Shown: positions 18,742-28,746 of the stretch, in pieces
Position numbering within the stretch: the first letter of the stretch is position 1
Layout of the letters: each line of letters opens with the position of its first letter
Assembly: GCA_965207445.1 (NCBI GenBank)
Contig: CBDBLX010000002.1
Location: 2,071,849 to 2,135,848, forward strand
From: Nitrosopumilus sp.
Lineage (GTDB): Archaea > Thermoproteota > Nitrososphaeria > Nitrososphaerales > Nitrosopumilaceae
Length of the DNA stretch: 64,000 nucleotides
Direction: 5' to 3'
The notes under the pieces: model-generated
What the model saw: only the letters and a program-made list of their open reading frames with translations
Database searches by the model: none
What the model was told of the DNA's origin: nothing
Position numbers and translations under genes: made by a program

Positions 18742-20151
18742 TTAGGAAGTAAGTATCTCTGCTACTTGGGGAATTACTTCCCAAAGAGCAACATAGTCAC
18801 CAGACTCTTGCATCTCTGCTACAACTTCATCAGTATACAGTCCATGTATATTGACAGCTGGGTGTGCAATACTGTTCATTCCCATTGGAGGAACAGCGCT
18901 ACTTGGATTACCCAATGCATATGCATATGATGGAACTGGTTCTGGAAGTATGCCCTTCTCCACTAGTGTGGGGTTCAAATTGAACGGATCACCTGCTACA
19001 AATACAGTAGCAGCACCTGAGAAGATTGCTGCATAGTCATGATTGACTGCAGCATACACTCCTGGTTCATCAAACACCAAGTCAACAATCATACCTTGTG
19101 ATCCACCTAGAGACCATGTCTCTGTTGCGGCAGATTGAACTCTATTACCCTGTGTGATTCTGTCGAGGATCTCTCCTACAATGTGGAAGAAGACAGGCTC
19201 ATTACCCTGATTCTCTACAAAGATTCGCACATGTTGATCATTCTCCACAAAGAGCAACTGTGATTGGTATTGTTTAAGATCAATTCCATTCCAAGGCTGT
19301 GCTACAAAGATGTTCTTGTTCGTATCACCATTCACAAGTAGGTTGTGTGCCATATTTGGAACATATCCAAACTGAAAGCCATTTACAACAGTACCAGTGT
19401 TTTGATGCTTGAACATTGCAGATTGATCAAAGTTACCATCAGATGTGAGGTAAAGTTGATTGTACTGAAGTTGGAACTCTAGTGCGTCAGCATCGTAAAA
19501 CTTGCGATCGATCTCGCCACTGCCACTGGTCTTTTCAACCATCAATTTTTTGTAGCCGTTTGCAGGATCAACAATTGCAATACCATACATGCCAGAGAGC
19601 ACGTGTTGGTCCATTGCTGCAAGCTTTATACCAGAACAGTGATATTTGAACATACCAGCAGACTCAGCAATAAAGCAATATTGGCTGGTCTCACCTGGGT
19701 TTATGGATTCAAATGCTGCAGCTGTAATCTGAGATGCATGCATGTCGTTGCCATGTGCAACAGGTTCATCATCAGGAATTGTAAGTGTCATCTTGATCAC
19801 GTCGCCTTGTAGAACCCTAATTGTAGGTCCAGGTACCATACCATTGAATGTCATGGCATGATATGTCTTGCCACCCATTATTGGGAGCTCGACACTTTCA
19901 GCAGTTAGATCAAAGTTGTGAACTGTTCTTCCCGATGACTCCAGTACACCGCAGTCAGTCACTGCAAACGCCTCTGGCATTACCAATTGTAATCCGCCCA
20001 TTTGATGAATTTGTTCCACCATATCAGCGTCCAATTGTGCAATGTTAAGAGATTGTCCAGTTTGTGTCTGTGTGTATGTACTTCCGAATAAGGTAGCTCC
20101 CATAACTGCTACTGCTGCAACAGTAAAGAGCATACTAATTCGTTTATTCAT
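18742..20151 (-). CDS. nirK: Copper-containing nitrite reductase, AOA type
   Basis: Copper-ligand motifs HGNDMHAS, KYHCSG...DQHVLSGM, FFHIVGEILD and VNHDY; signal peptide. Confidence 0.93.
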   Translation of the reverse strand: MNKRISMLFTVAAVAVMGATLFGSTYTQTQTGQSLNIAQLDADMVEQIHQMGGLQLVMPEAFAVTDCGVLESSGRTVHNFDLTAESVELPIMGGKTYHAMTFNGMVPGPTIRVLQGDVIKMTLTIPDDEPVAHGNDMHASQITAAAFESINPGETSQYCFIAESAGMFKYHCSGIKLAAMDQHVLSGMYGIAIVDPANGYKKLMVEKTSGSGEIDRKFYDADALEFQLQYNQLYLTSDGNFDQSAMFKHQNTGTVVNGFQFGYVPNMAHNLLVNGDTNKNIFVAQPWNGIDLKQYQSQLLFVENDQHVRIFVENQGNEPVFFHIVGEILDRITQGNRVQSAATETWSLGGSQGMIVDLVFDEPGVYAAVNHDYAAIFSGAATVFVAGDPFNLNPTLVEKGILPEPVPSYAYALGNPSSAVPPMGMNSIAHPAVNIHGLYTDEVVAEMQESGDYVALWEVIPQVAEILTS

Positions 20152-20357
20152 TAAGCGCCGTATTTGACACACGTATATATATGAATAGTGGTACAGATAC
20201 CAAACATTAAAATGTACATATATTTATTCACTCCCACATAAAATAGACACCAGTCCATTGAAAACTAGAACATGAGAATCATCAAAATGAAAAATGACAA
20301 AACACAAAATACCAATTATTAAAAGAATTGAAATATACCCAAAACGCATGATAATTA

Positions 20358-21734
20358 ATGAAAAAAAAGAGATACAGGTTTGATCAAGATTCACTAGGAA
20401 AAGTAAAGATACCACACGATGCATACTATGGGGCATTTACCGGAAGAGCCATAAAACAATACAACGTCACAGGGCGATACGCCCACCCATATTTAATAAA
20501 ATCATTTGTTATGATAAAAAGATCATCTGCGGTGGCAAATCAAAAAGCAAAGGCGATAGACAGATCAAAAGCAAAGGCGATAATATCTGCATGTGATTTG
20601 ATACTTGCGGGAAAACATACAAATCAGTTTGTAGTAGATATGATAAACTCTGGTGCAGGAACAGCATTTAATATGAATACAAATGAAGTAATAGCCAATG
20701 TCGCATTACAACACGTTCTCAAAAAGAAAAAAGGAGAGTACGAACATTTACATCCAAATGATCATGTTAATATGTCTCAATCAAGCAACGACACGTATCC
20801 GACTGCAATGCACATGTCAATATTGATGAATCTCAATGATGCAATACCTGTAATTAAAGACATGGTAAGGTCAATAAATACAAAAGCAGCAGAGTTCTCC
20901 AAATTTAAAAAGATAGGAAGAACACATCTCATGGATGCACTTCCAGTCACATTAGGCGGCGAGTTTGCAGCACATGCAACTGCAATAAACAGCACAATCA
21001 ATTCACTAGAGTTTGCAAAAAAAGGACTGTATGCAGTAGCATTGGGAGGCACAGCAGTTGGGACAGGTGCCAACACACCAAAAGGATACCGTAAGATAGC
21101 AATTACAGAATTGAGTAAAATATCAAACCTACCATTAAAACCAGAAAAAGATATGCAATATGGATTGCAGAGTAGAGCAGCAGTAACAGCAACGTCAAGT
21201 GCGCTACGCAATATGGCACTTGAGATCGGACGACTCGCAAATGATATTAGGCTGATGGCATCAGGTCCGGTAGCTGGACTAGCAGAGATTGGGATACCAG
21301 CAGTGCATGCAGGCTCATCGATCATGCCAGGCAAGGTAAACCCATCACTTGCAGAGTGTATGAACATGACATGTTTTGCCATAATAGGAAACGATGCCAC
21401 AGTATCATATGCTTCTCATGCAGGACAGTTTGAGCTAAATGTAATGTTGCCAGGAATGCTAAATGCAGTGCTAGAATCCACAGATATGATCAAGCGATTT
21501 GCCCCCATATTTACTAGAAATCTTATAGACGGATTAAAAGCAAACAAAGAGAAACTAAGTGAATATATAGAGAACAGTCCTGTTATCGTAACATTGCTTG
21601 CTCCAAAGATCGGATACTTGCGCGCAGCAGAACTCTACAAAGAGTCACTGAACACAGGTAGGACAATCAGAGATCTTGCAGTATCAAAAAATGTTGTGAC
21701 GAATACAGAGCTAGACATGTTGCTCAAAGAATAA
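20358..21734 (+). CDS. Class II fumarase / aspartate ammonia-lyase family protein
   Basis: Motifs HPNDHVNMSQSSND, GRTHLMDA and GSSIMPGKVNP. Confidence 0.92.
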   Translation: MKKKRYRFDQDSLGKVKIPHDAYYGAFTGRAIKQYNVTGRYAHPYLIKSFVMIKRSSAVANQKAKAIDRSKAKAIISACDLILAGKHTNQFVVDMINSGAGTAFNMNTNEVIANVALQHVLKKKKGEYEHLHPNDHVNMSQSSNDTYPTAMHMSILMNLNDAIPVIKDMVRSINTKAAEFSKFKKIGRTHLMDALPVTLGGEFAAHATAINSTINSLEFAKKGLYAVALGGTAVGTGANTPKGYRKIAITELSKISNLPLKPEKDMQYGLQSRAAVTATSSALRNMALEIGRLANDIRLMASGPVAGLAEIGIPAVHAGSSIMPGKVNPSLAECMNMTCFAIIGNDATVSYASHAGQFELNVMLPGMLNAVLESTDMIKRFAPIFTRNLIDGLKANKEKLSEYIENSPVIVTLLAPKIGYLRAAELYKESLNTGRTIRDLAVSKNVVTNTELDMLLKE

Positions 21735-21823
21735 CTTTGTAAATAAAATAATAAAAATTATGCCAAATACAGGTTAAGAGTGTGTTGCATACGTCACATT
21801 TTGATAAACTGTACCTAGTGACA

Positions 21824-21904
21824 GTAACCGTTCAACCCCTTCCCAAATTTAGGCACAAATTCACCGCCTAACGTCTGGCGCAGGTACGGGAGTTGAACGT
21901 TTAC
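21824..21904 (+). mobile_element. MITE family A copy (81 bp)
   Basis: GTAACCGTTCAAC...GTTGAACGTTTAC with the conserved interior CCAAATTTAGGCACAAATTCACCGCCTAACGTCTGGCGCAGG. Confidence 0.9.
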
Positions 21905-21970
21905 ACTTGAACTATCTACATCACTAATAATAGCAACGACAGATATAAGCCACACAAAACAAGATGATAT

Positions 21971-23272
21971 ATGGCAAAGATATTTGTAGAAGCATACGGA
22001 TGCTCTGCAAGTTTTGCAGACTCTGAGATGATAACAGGGATGATACAAAATGGTGGACACACCATTATTACAGATAGTGAAGAGCAATCAGACCTCAACT
22101 TGATAGTCACGTGCTCTGTAAAAGATGCAACAGCAAAGAGAATGACACATCGCATAAAAAAACTTGGAGCAGCAAAAGAGCCACTAATAGTGGCAGGGTG
22201 TTTACCAAAAGCAGAGCCGGACACTGTAGAGAGATTTGCAGGTAAAACAGCAAGTATGATGGGACCAGGCGCCATAAGCCAAACCTTGCAAATTGTAGAA
22301 TCAACCCTTCGAGGAGAAACGATAATAGAACTAGAGGACAACGCAGAGCCAAAAGTTGGACTGCCAAAAGTCAGGCTCAATCCAGTTGTTGGTATAATAG
22401 AGATAGCAAGTGGGTGCATGAGCGAATGTACGTTTTGTCAGACAAAACTTGCAAAGGGGGGATTGACAAGTTATCGGCCAGGTGACATTATCAGGCAAGC
22501 CAGAACAGAGATAGCAGATGGTTGCAAAGAAATTTGGTTGACATCGACTGATAATGGATGTTATGGACTAGACATTGGAACAGATCTACCAGAGCTTGTT
22601 GATTCAGTATCAGATGCAATACCAAACGGTTGTATGATCAGAGTAGGTATGATGAACCCAATGTACATGCCAAGAATTAGAGACAGGTTGTTAGAGTCAT
22701 TACAATCAGATAAAGTATTTGAGTTTCTACACATACCTGTTCAGAGTGGTAGCAATCGCATACTACACGAGATGGCAAGAGGGCACACTGCAGAGACATT
22801 CAAAAGGATAGTAAAGGACGCGCGTGAGTTAATGCCAAATATCACAATATCAACTGATATCATAGTAGGTTTCCCATCAGAGACAGACTCAGAATTCAAT
22901 GAGACTGTCAAATTACTTGATGAGACAAAACCCAATATTGTAAATCTCTCCAAATATAGTGCTCGTCCAGGTACAGATGCAGCAGTAAGAGTAGACCAAA
23001 TTTCACCATTACAGATAAAACAGCGTAGTAGTATGATAACAGACCAAATCTCAGAGTTATCATACAATGCAAACAGTAAATGGATGGGCTGGGAAGGTAC
23101 AGTACTGCTTGATGAAAAAACAGAGTCAGGAATAAAGGGTAGAAATTACGCATACAAGCCAATATACATAAAGAGTGATACACCAGATACGCCAAGTTTA
23201 GGTGCAAGATGTAACGTATCAATTGTTGATACGCACAGAAACTATCTAACAGGTGTAATTATAGCAAAATAG
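21971..23272 (+). CDS. tRNA t6A37 methylthiotransferase (MiaB-like, archaeal e-MtaB type)
   Basis: UPF0004 N-terminus (YGCSAS, TCSVK, AGC), radical SAM CMSECTFC and TRAM C-terminus. Confidence 0.9.
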   Translation: MAKIFVEAYGCSASFADSEMITGMIQNGGHTIITDSEEQSDLNLIVTCSVKDATAKRMTHRIKKLGAAKEPLIVAGCLPKAEPDTVERFAGKTASMMGPGAISQTLQIVESTLRGETIIELEDNAEPKVGLPKVRLNPVVGIIEIASGCMSECTFCQTKLAKGGLTSYRPGDIIRQARTEIADGCKEIWLTSTDNGCYGLDIGTDLPELVDSVSDAIPNGCMIRVGMMNPMYMPRIRDRLLESLQSDKVFEFLHIPVQSGSNRILHEMARGHTAETFKRIVKDARELMPNITISTDIIVGFPSETDSEFNETVKLLDETKPNIVNLSKYSARPGTDAAVRVDQISPLQIKQRSSMITDQISELSYNANSKWMGWEGTVLLDEKTESGIKGRNYAYKPIYIKSDTPDTPSLGARCNVSIVDTHRNYLTGVIIAK

Positions 23273-23365
23273 AGTTAGTTGACATCATGCAAATGATCTT
23301 GTATTAGTTTAACATTATAAATTGACATTACAGTTGAAAAATCACTAAAAGTTTTTTAACAAAGT

Positions 23366-24382
23366 ATGAGACACATATTAGAGATGACACTTGAAATCAG
23401 AAAACCAATCCTAGCAATAGGATTAGGTGGTGCAGGTTCTAAACTTGCAACAAAGGCAAGCAATCTACTCAACTGTGATCATATGTTGATCAGTAATGAT
23501 GTAGAGGACCTGAAAACGTCATCACAGCACAACAAGGTAATCAAAGTCGACACAGGCGCAGTGATAAACCCCACCATAAATCTAGTAAGGGCAGCTACAT
23601 ACAGTAAGATCGACCAAATAAGAGAACACGTGTCAGGATATCAAACAGTATTTCTGTTTGGCAACTTGGCAGGCAAAGTAGGATGTGCTATTGCGCCGAT
23701 AATATCAGAGGTATGCAAAGCAGAAGAATCAAAGATGATATCATTTGCAATCATGCCATTTGGTTATGAAAAATCTCAACTGTTTGCAGCAGGTGTTGCT
23801 CTAAGACGACTCAGGGAATCATCTACAAGTACCATAGTACTTGACAATGACTCTATACTAGAGAGCAATCCAGACTTGACTCCAAAAGAGTGCTATGGTA
23901 TAGCAGATACTGCTATACTGTATGTGTTAAGTTCTATTGAAAAATCAGACCTCGAGTCAAGTGACAACATTTTGGTTGCAAGCAGAGACAGGGAAATGCT
24001 AGAAGTGTCACTACGAGATGCATTAAAGACCATGTATGGAAGTACAAATCCAGAGTCCATAAAACACTCGATTCTGTACGTGGTAAATGGTGAGAACATA
24101 CCAACAGGTATGCTAAATACAACTACCAAACTCCTCAAAGGTGCACTTGCAACAAAAAGTGCCAAATTTGGGAAAATGACATCACATGCAACCGCAGACA
24201 CAAAAGTAGTATCTACAACAACAGATAGATCCAGAATAGTAATGCTATCTACTGTACAAGACATGTCAAAGTTTGAAAGGTATGATCCACTTGGAGCAAT
24301 ACCAGAAGACAAAATGCTAGATTGGACAGAACCAGAGTGTAGTATTGATTGCCAACTTGCAGACTTGTATCAATTAGAATGA
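23366..24382 (+). CDS. ftsZ: Divergent thaumarchaeal FtsZ/tubulin-family protein
   Basis: Motifs IGLGGAGSK, IMPFGYEK and IVLDND; the canonical GGGTG loop is degenerate. Confidence 0.8.
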   Translation: MRHILEMTLEIRKPILAIGLGGAGSKLATKASNLLNCDHMLISNDVEDLKTSSQHNKVIKVDTGAVINPTINLVRAATYSKIDQIREHVSGYQTVFLFGNLAGKVGCAIAPIISEVCKAEESKMISFAIMPFGYEKSQLFAAGVALRRLRESSTSTIVLDNDSILESNPDLTPKECYGIADTAILYVLSSIEKSDLESSDNILVASRDREMLEVSLRDALKTMYGSTNPESIKHSILYVVNGENIPTGMLNTTTKLLKGALATKSAKFGKMTSHATADTKVVSTTTDRSRIVMLSTVQDMSKFERYDPLGAIPEDKMLDWTEPECSIDCQLADLYQLE

Positions 24383-24709
24383 CTGGTGCAATTCTTTCTT
24401 ATTTTTATTTTATTTTATTTTATTTTTATGATTATCATATACACACGCATATTTTATATAAAGATCATATAGATAATTTTTATTGTCTTGTAAAAGATGG
24501 AAAATATAAAGATTGTTTGTAGATACCATCTAAATAGCCAAATTTATTGTAACAAAATTCTTTGAATATGCATGCATATATATAAGATCATTTATGTTTA
24601 TCAGAATAAAAAACAAAAACAGTCGCGAGTATAGAATAAAAAATATATAATCATTATTTACACATAGTAATTATCAATATGAATACGTATGATTTGACAG
24701 ATAGAATAG

Positions 24710-25564
24710 TTATGATTCTTTGTTAGGTGATTCAGATGTGTCACTTGAATTGTCAGTGGTATCTGTAGTAGTGGTATCTGTAGTAGTGGTATCTGTAGTA
24801 GTGGTATCTGTAGTAGTGGTATCTGTAGTAGTGGTATCTGTAGTAGTGGTATCTGTAGTAGTGGTATCTGTAGTAGTGGTATCTGTAGTAGTGGTATCAT
24901 CAGATGTATCTAGATGATCATCTGATTTAGCATCAGATGCAGATGGCTCAGAGATTGTCTTTGAGACATCATCACCATCATCATTAGTATCAAAGTCCAA
25001 AGATGAATCACTTACATTATGAGTATCACGATAAGATTCAAGTGATGTATCAATATTTGCAGTATTATTAGATGATGCATCATCACGTTTGTCATCAACA
25101 CCAAGACCAATGTCATCAAAGTCAGCATCAATCTCTTTTTTATCAGAGAGTTCATCAATGGGTTCTGGAAGAGTTGGGGCGGTGCTAGTGGCGGCAGCAG
25201 TAGCAGCAGCAGTAGTAGTGGTAGTGGTAGTATCTATTGCCGCCGTTGCAAGGTCGTCATCTATCTTTGGCACATTTAAGTTATCAGTAGGCAATGATTC
25301 TACAGGTATTTCGTATTTTGATACAAGAATGTCACCTGTATCCGTTTTATACATACGAACTCTGATCTTTCGAGGAGGGCGTCTTGCTCCCCTGGCCCAA
25401 ATCTGTTGTGCTAAATCTTCATCAATTTTGATACTTTGAGTTCTCATGTGACGTCGTGCAAACTCACGAATCATGTTAAGCGCACGAACTGATCTGTGTT
25501 GTGATTGTGACAATAATACTTTGCCCAAGTTTATCGTGTAAACACGCTCAAGTTCTTCGGACAT
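24710..25564 (-). CDS. rpl31e: 50S ribosomal protein L31e with ~195-aa acidic low-complexity C-terminal extension
   Basis: ERVYTINL...IWARGARRPPRKIRV core; directly downstream of rpl39e. Confidence 0.93.
   Translation of the reverse strand: MSEELERVYTINLGKVLLSQSQHRSVRALNMIREFARRHMRTQSIKIDEDLAQQIWARGARRPPRKIRVRMYKTDTGDILVSKYEIPVESLPTDNLNVPKIDDDLATAAIDTTTTTTTAAATAAATSTAPTLPEPIDELSDKKEIDADFDDIGLGVDDKRDDASSNNTANIDTSLESYRDTHNVSDSSLDFDTNDDGDDVSKTISEPSASDAKSDDHLDTSDDTTTTDTTTTDTTTTDTTTTDTTTTDTTTTDTTTTDTTTTDTTTTDTTDNSSDTSESPNKES
24755..24898 (-). repeat. 15-bp perfect coding tandem repeat x~9.6 (DTTTT)
   Basis: Unit AGTGGTATCTGTAGT on the + strand. Confidence 0.97.
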
Positions 25565-25723
25565 TTATCCTACCTCCACATCAGTTGAGCGCCACGGTCT
25601 ACGTTTTGGGTTTGTGCGCACACCCCTTTTGGTTCTTAGAATAATCCACGCAGGTACAGGTGAAGCCTGTTTTGTCTTTTTCATCAGACGTATCTTACGA
25701 GGCGTGGATTTGCGTGCTGCCAT
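25565..25723 (-). CDS. rpl39e: 50S ribosomal protein L39e
   Basis: Not in the ORF track. Manual translation: MAARKSTPRKIRLMKKTKQASPVPAWIILRTKRGVRTNPKRRPWRSTDVEVG*. Confidence 0.95.
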   Translation of the reverse strand: MAARKSTPRKIRLMKKTKQASPVPAWIILRTKRGVRTNPKRRPWRSTDVEVG

Positions 25724-25901
25724 GAGTCATCAAATCTTCAAGTTCTTTTTAAATGAATCTAACTTTCAAAATTCATGCAAAATATGAAACATTTTACTTG
25801 TTCAAAGTCAAATCTAAAAAAATCAACAACAGACCAAATACCAATTCACGCAAAAAGACTCAAAATATAACTTGAATACATATAATTTTGTAACAAAATA
25901 T

Positions 25902-26606
25902 TCATAGTTGTTTTCCACCCAAAATATCATGAATCTGCTTTAGTATACGAGCAGAAGCGCCCCATATCTTTTGACCTCTTGTATTGCTATGCTCAAAGGT
26001 GTACATGTCAGGTGTTGCATCGTGCGCGGGGTCCGTATCTTGTGAAATAGTATCAAGCAGTATATCAAGTGGTATCTCCAATATCGACTCAACCTCAGTA
26101 TTTGGAGTCATTGTAGGCCTCTTAGACAGTGTGGCTACAAATGGCACAATAAGAAAGCCAGAGTTGCGAGTTCTCACTGGACAGAGTCTACTAATTACTT
26201 GTTCACGTTTTAGTTCTAGTCCTAACTCTTCATGAGTCTCACGCAATGCAGTATGCAAAAGGTCAGTATCAGTTGACTCAACCTTTCCTCCAGGAAAAGC
26301 AATCTCACCTGCATGTATATTCATATTAACTGACTTTACAGTCATTATTACAATAGGTCGCATATGAGACATGCTCAAAGGTGGTGACGCCGTGTAGTTT
26401 GAAAACTCAAGTTGATCTTGATTGTGTTGTAATCCATAAACTATAACTAAAACAGCAGCACGTTTGTGGGGCAGATTAGCATCAACATTGCAATCATTAG
26501 AATTACAAATATGATCATAAGATATAGTATCATTACACGAGAATTGAGACAGCACAAAATGTGTCTTGTCTAGTGATAGTACATGTGAGAACAATCCCAT
26601 ATTCAA
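25902..26606 (-). CDS. Nudix hydrolase, CoA pyrophosphatase-like
   Basis: AAVLV, HAGEIAFPGG...TALRETHEELG Nudix box and IWGASARIL. The start is uncertain. Confidence 0.88.
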   Translation of the reverse strand: MNMGLFSHVLSLDKTHFVLSQFSCNDTISYDHICNSNDCNVDANLPHKRAAVLVIVYGLQHNQDQLEFSNYTASPPLSMSHMRPIVIMTVKSVNMNIHAGEIAFPGGKVESTDTDLLHTALRETHEELGLELKREQVISRLCPVRTRNSGFLIVPFVATLSKRPTMTPNTEVESILEIPLDILLDTISQDTDPAHDATPDMYTFEHSNTRGQKIWGASARILKQIHDILGGKQL

Positions 26607-26637
26607 AGATTTTAACAGGGAATAAAAGAGTCATACT

Positions 26638-27381
26638 ATGGGCAACATAAGATACGAGTACAATCCACCAAAAGTCCAACCCAATACAGATATCAACACA
26701 ACAGTTACAATAGGAATGGAGCGTTTAATTACAATTGCACCAAAATGCGATGCAATACACATCACAGAAAATGTGCTAGGATTTGAGCGAGTATCCCCTA
26801 TAACAATGGGAGTAAAACTCAAAGAGATCTTACCACAAACATCAGTGACAGTAAGTCTTAGAGTCAGAGACAAGACAGAGAGTGAAATATCGGTATTTGT
26901 AGATCAGTGCATTGATGCCAAGTTTGATGGAGTATTGATCTTGATGGGGGATCCATCACGCGATGGAAGACCCGATACTGGTCAAATACCAAGTACCGTC
27001 ACAGAGAATCTAAAGGAATGTGGTATAAACTCAAAGATTGAATTGTACATGTCAATATCAAATGAGCCAAGCGCTACACAGATTCAAAAAAAGATAATGG
27101 TGCAGCCAAACGGCTTTTTTACCCAAGTTGTTCAGAGTGCACAACAAGTAAAGAATTTGACAAAATACATGTATGGATTAAGAATCATACCAGTTGTGTT
27201 ATTACCGTCCCAAAAGAACAAAAAATCTGCTGAATTTTTAAACCTGGATATGGATACATATGCAGATAATTTTTATGAATTTGTAAAAGAGGTGTACGGC
27301 ATTACAGAGGATATTTTAATCACATCACCAAATGATTTTGCAGCAGCAAATGAATTTTTCTCTAGTTCAAAATTATACTAG
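26638..27381 (+). CDS. Methylenetetrahydrofolate reductase-like protein
   Basis: Motifs YEYNPPK, IHITEN, LRVRD, LILMGDP and FFTQ. Confidence 0.75.
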   Translation: MGNIRYEYNPPKVQPNTDINTTVTIGMERLITIAPKCDAIHITENVLGFERVSPITMGVKLKEILPQTSVTVSLRVRDKTESEISVFVDQCIDAKFDGVLILMGDPSRDGRPDTGQIPSTVTENLKECGINSKIELYMSISNEPSATQIQKKIMVQPNGFFTQVVQSAQQVKNLTKYMYGLRIIPVVLLPSQKNKKSAEFLNLDMDTYADNFYEFVKEVYGITEDILITSPNDFAAANEFFSSSKLY

Positions 27382-27495
27382 AAAAAAATGACAAACCATC
27401 AAGACAGGATTTTGTAGTTTTATACAAGACGCACATCAACTATGAATAGCATTATTCAAGTCTACACATATTTACACCCATGCAACAACAAAGAC

Positions 27496-28542
27496 TCAAT
27501 TCGGCCCATTCACATCAACACTTTCAATACTAGTCTCATAAAACAGATCAGAGAGATCATAGCTACCTCTGCCCATGTAGCCTAATGCGTCAGCCCGTTG
27601 TGCAAACTCGTATACAGTATCCTCTAATAGATCAGTTGTGACCTCAGTGTTGTGCACAGACACATAAACAATATCAGGATCCAATTTTTGGCCAAAATGC
27701 CCATATAAAAAATTATTAAATGACGTACTTGTCATATTTGCATCAGAATTTATGAGTTGTTCTACATTATAGTGAGCAAGTAACAATCCATGTAAGATAT
27801 CAGGATTCGCATCTGTATAATCAGTGTTTGCAATTAATAGTACAGTTGCAAACTGACCGTTTGGCCACAACTCTTCTTCATAAAACAGACGAATTCCATC
27901 ATATTGTTCCACTAGTATGGTTGCCCATGGCTCTGAAACCCAAGCGCCATCTATCTCACCTTTGAGAAACAGAGTCACAATATCGGGGTTTGGGATATTA
28001 TACACGGTGACTGTACCGCCTTTTTCAGTAGTTTGTAGTCCGAGTGTGCTCAAATAGTGACGTAGCGATACATCCTGTGTATTTCCAATTTGAGGAACGC
28101 CAATCTTTTTGTGTGCAAAATCAAAACTAGAAGAAAAAACATCAGGATGTACTACAAAACTAGTCCCACCACTTGCAGCACCAGATAGCACACGTATCTG
28201 GCCATCCTTTGAGTTGAGAAATGCGTTTATCGCAGGACCAGGTCCCACATATGCAATGTCAACTGAACCGGCAAACATAGACTCTACTACCTGGGGCCCA
28301 CTATCAAACACAAGGGGTTTGATCTGCACATCAGATGGCATAAAATCTTGAAATATTCCACGTTCTACACCTATTATTGGTATTGCATGACCTACTACAG
28401 GAAAGTATCCAAGTCGTACCGTCTTTGAATAATTCTCTGTTGTATCATCAACATTATCAACTACAAACAATGTCGCAATTATCACAACAGTTGTAGCCAC
28501 ACCAGCTGCTACACCATATGCTACACCAATACGCTTTTGCAT
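27496..28542 (-). CDS. ABC transporter substrate-binding protein, SsuA/NrtA (sulfonate/nitrate) family
   Basis: Motifs VRLGYFP, YVGPGPAIN, PQIGNTQDVSLR and EPWAT. Confidence 0.87.
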   Translation of the reverse strand: MQKRIGVAYGVAAGVATTVVIIATLFVVDNVDDTTENYSKTVRLGYFPVVGHAIPIIGVERGIFQDFMPSDVQIKPLVFDSGPQVVESMFAGSVDIAYVGPGPAINAFLNSKDGQIRVLSGAASGGTSFVVHPDVFSSSFDFAHKKIGVPQIGNTQDVSLRHYLSTLGLQTTEKGGTVTVYNIPNPDIVTLFLKGEIDGAWVSEPWATILVEQYDGIRLFYEEELWPNGQFATVLLIANTDYTDANPDILHGLLLAHYNVEQLINSDANMTSTSFNNFLYGHFGQKLDPDIVYVSVHNTEVTTDLLEDTVYEFAQRADALGYMGRGSYDLSDLFYETSIESVDVNGPN

Positions 28543-28746
28543 AAAGTGGCAATATAATCAAAGTTTAAAAAATGAACGTATTTTAGCTCAAGCTCAATAT
28601 GTCCACTAACAGGCACTAATTTAGATCAAATGATAAATATAATTTTTATAATCATATACAAATTAACATTACTCGATATAAATAACACTCGCAAAATCAA
28701 ACACCACATCATAAAAGATAAATTCAAACTATATAGACAATTAACA

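Noticed and set aside
23366..24382. FtsZ lacking the canonical GGGTG loop as a novelty
   Set aside because: Divergent FtsZ is already known in Thaumarchaeota.
24658..24917. Repetitive ORFs (IPLLQ)n and (SVVVV)n, and alternative frames over 9220-9594
   Set aside because: These are alternative readings of coding tandem repeats that happen to lack stops.
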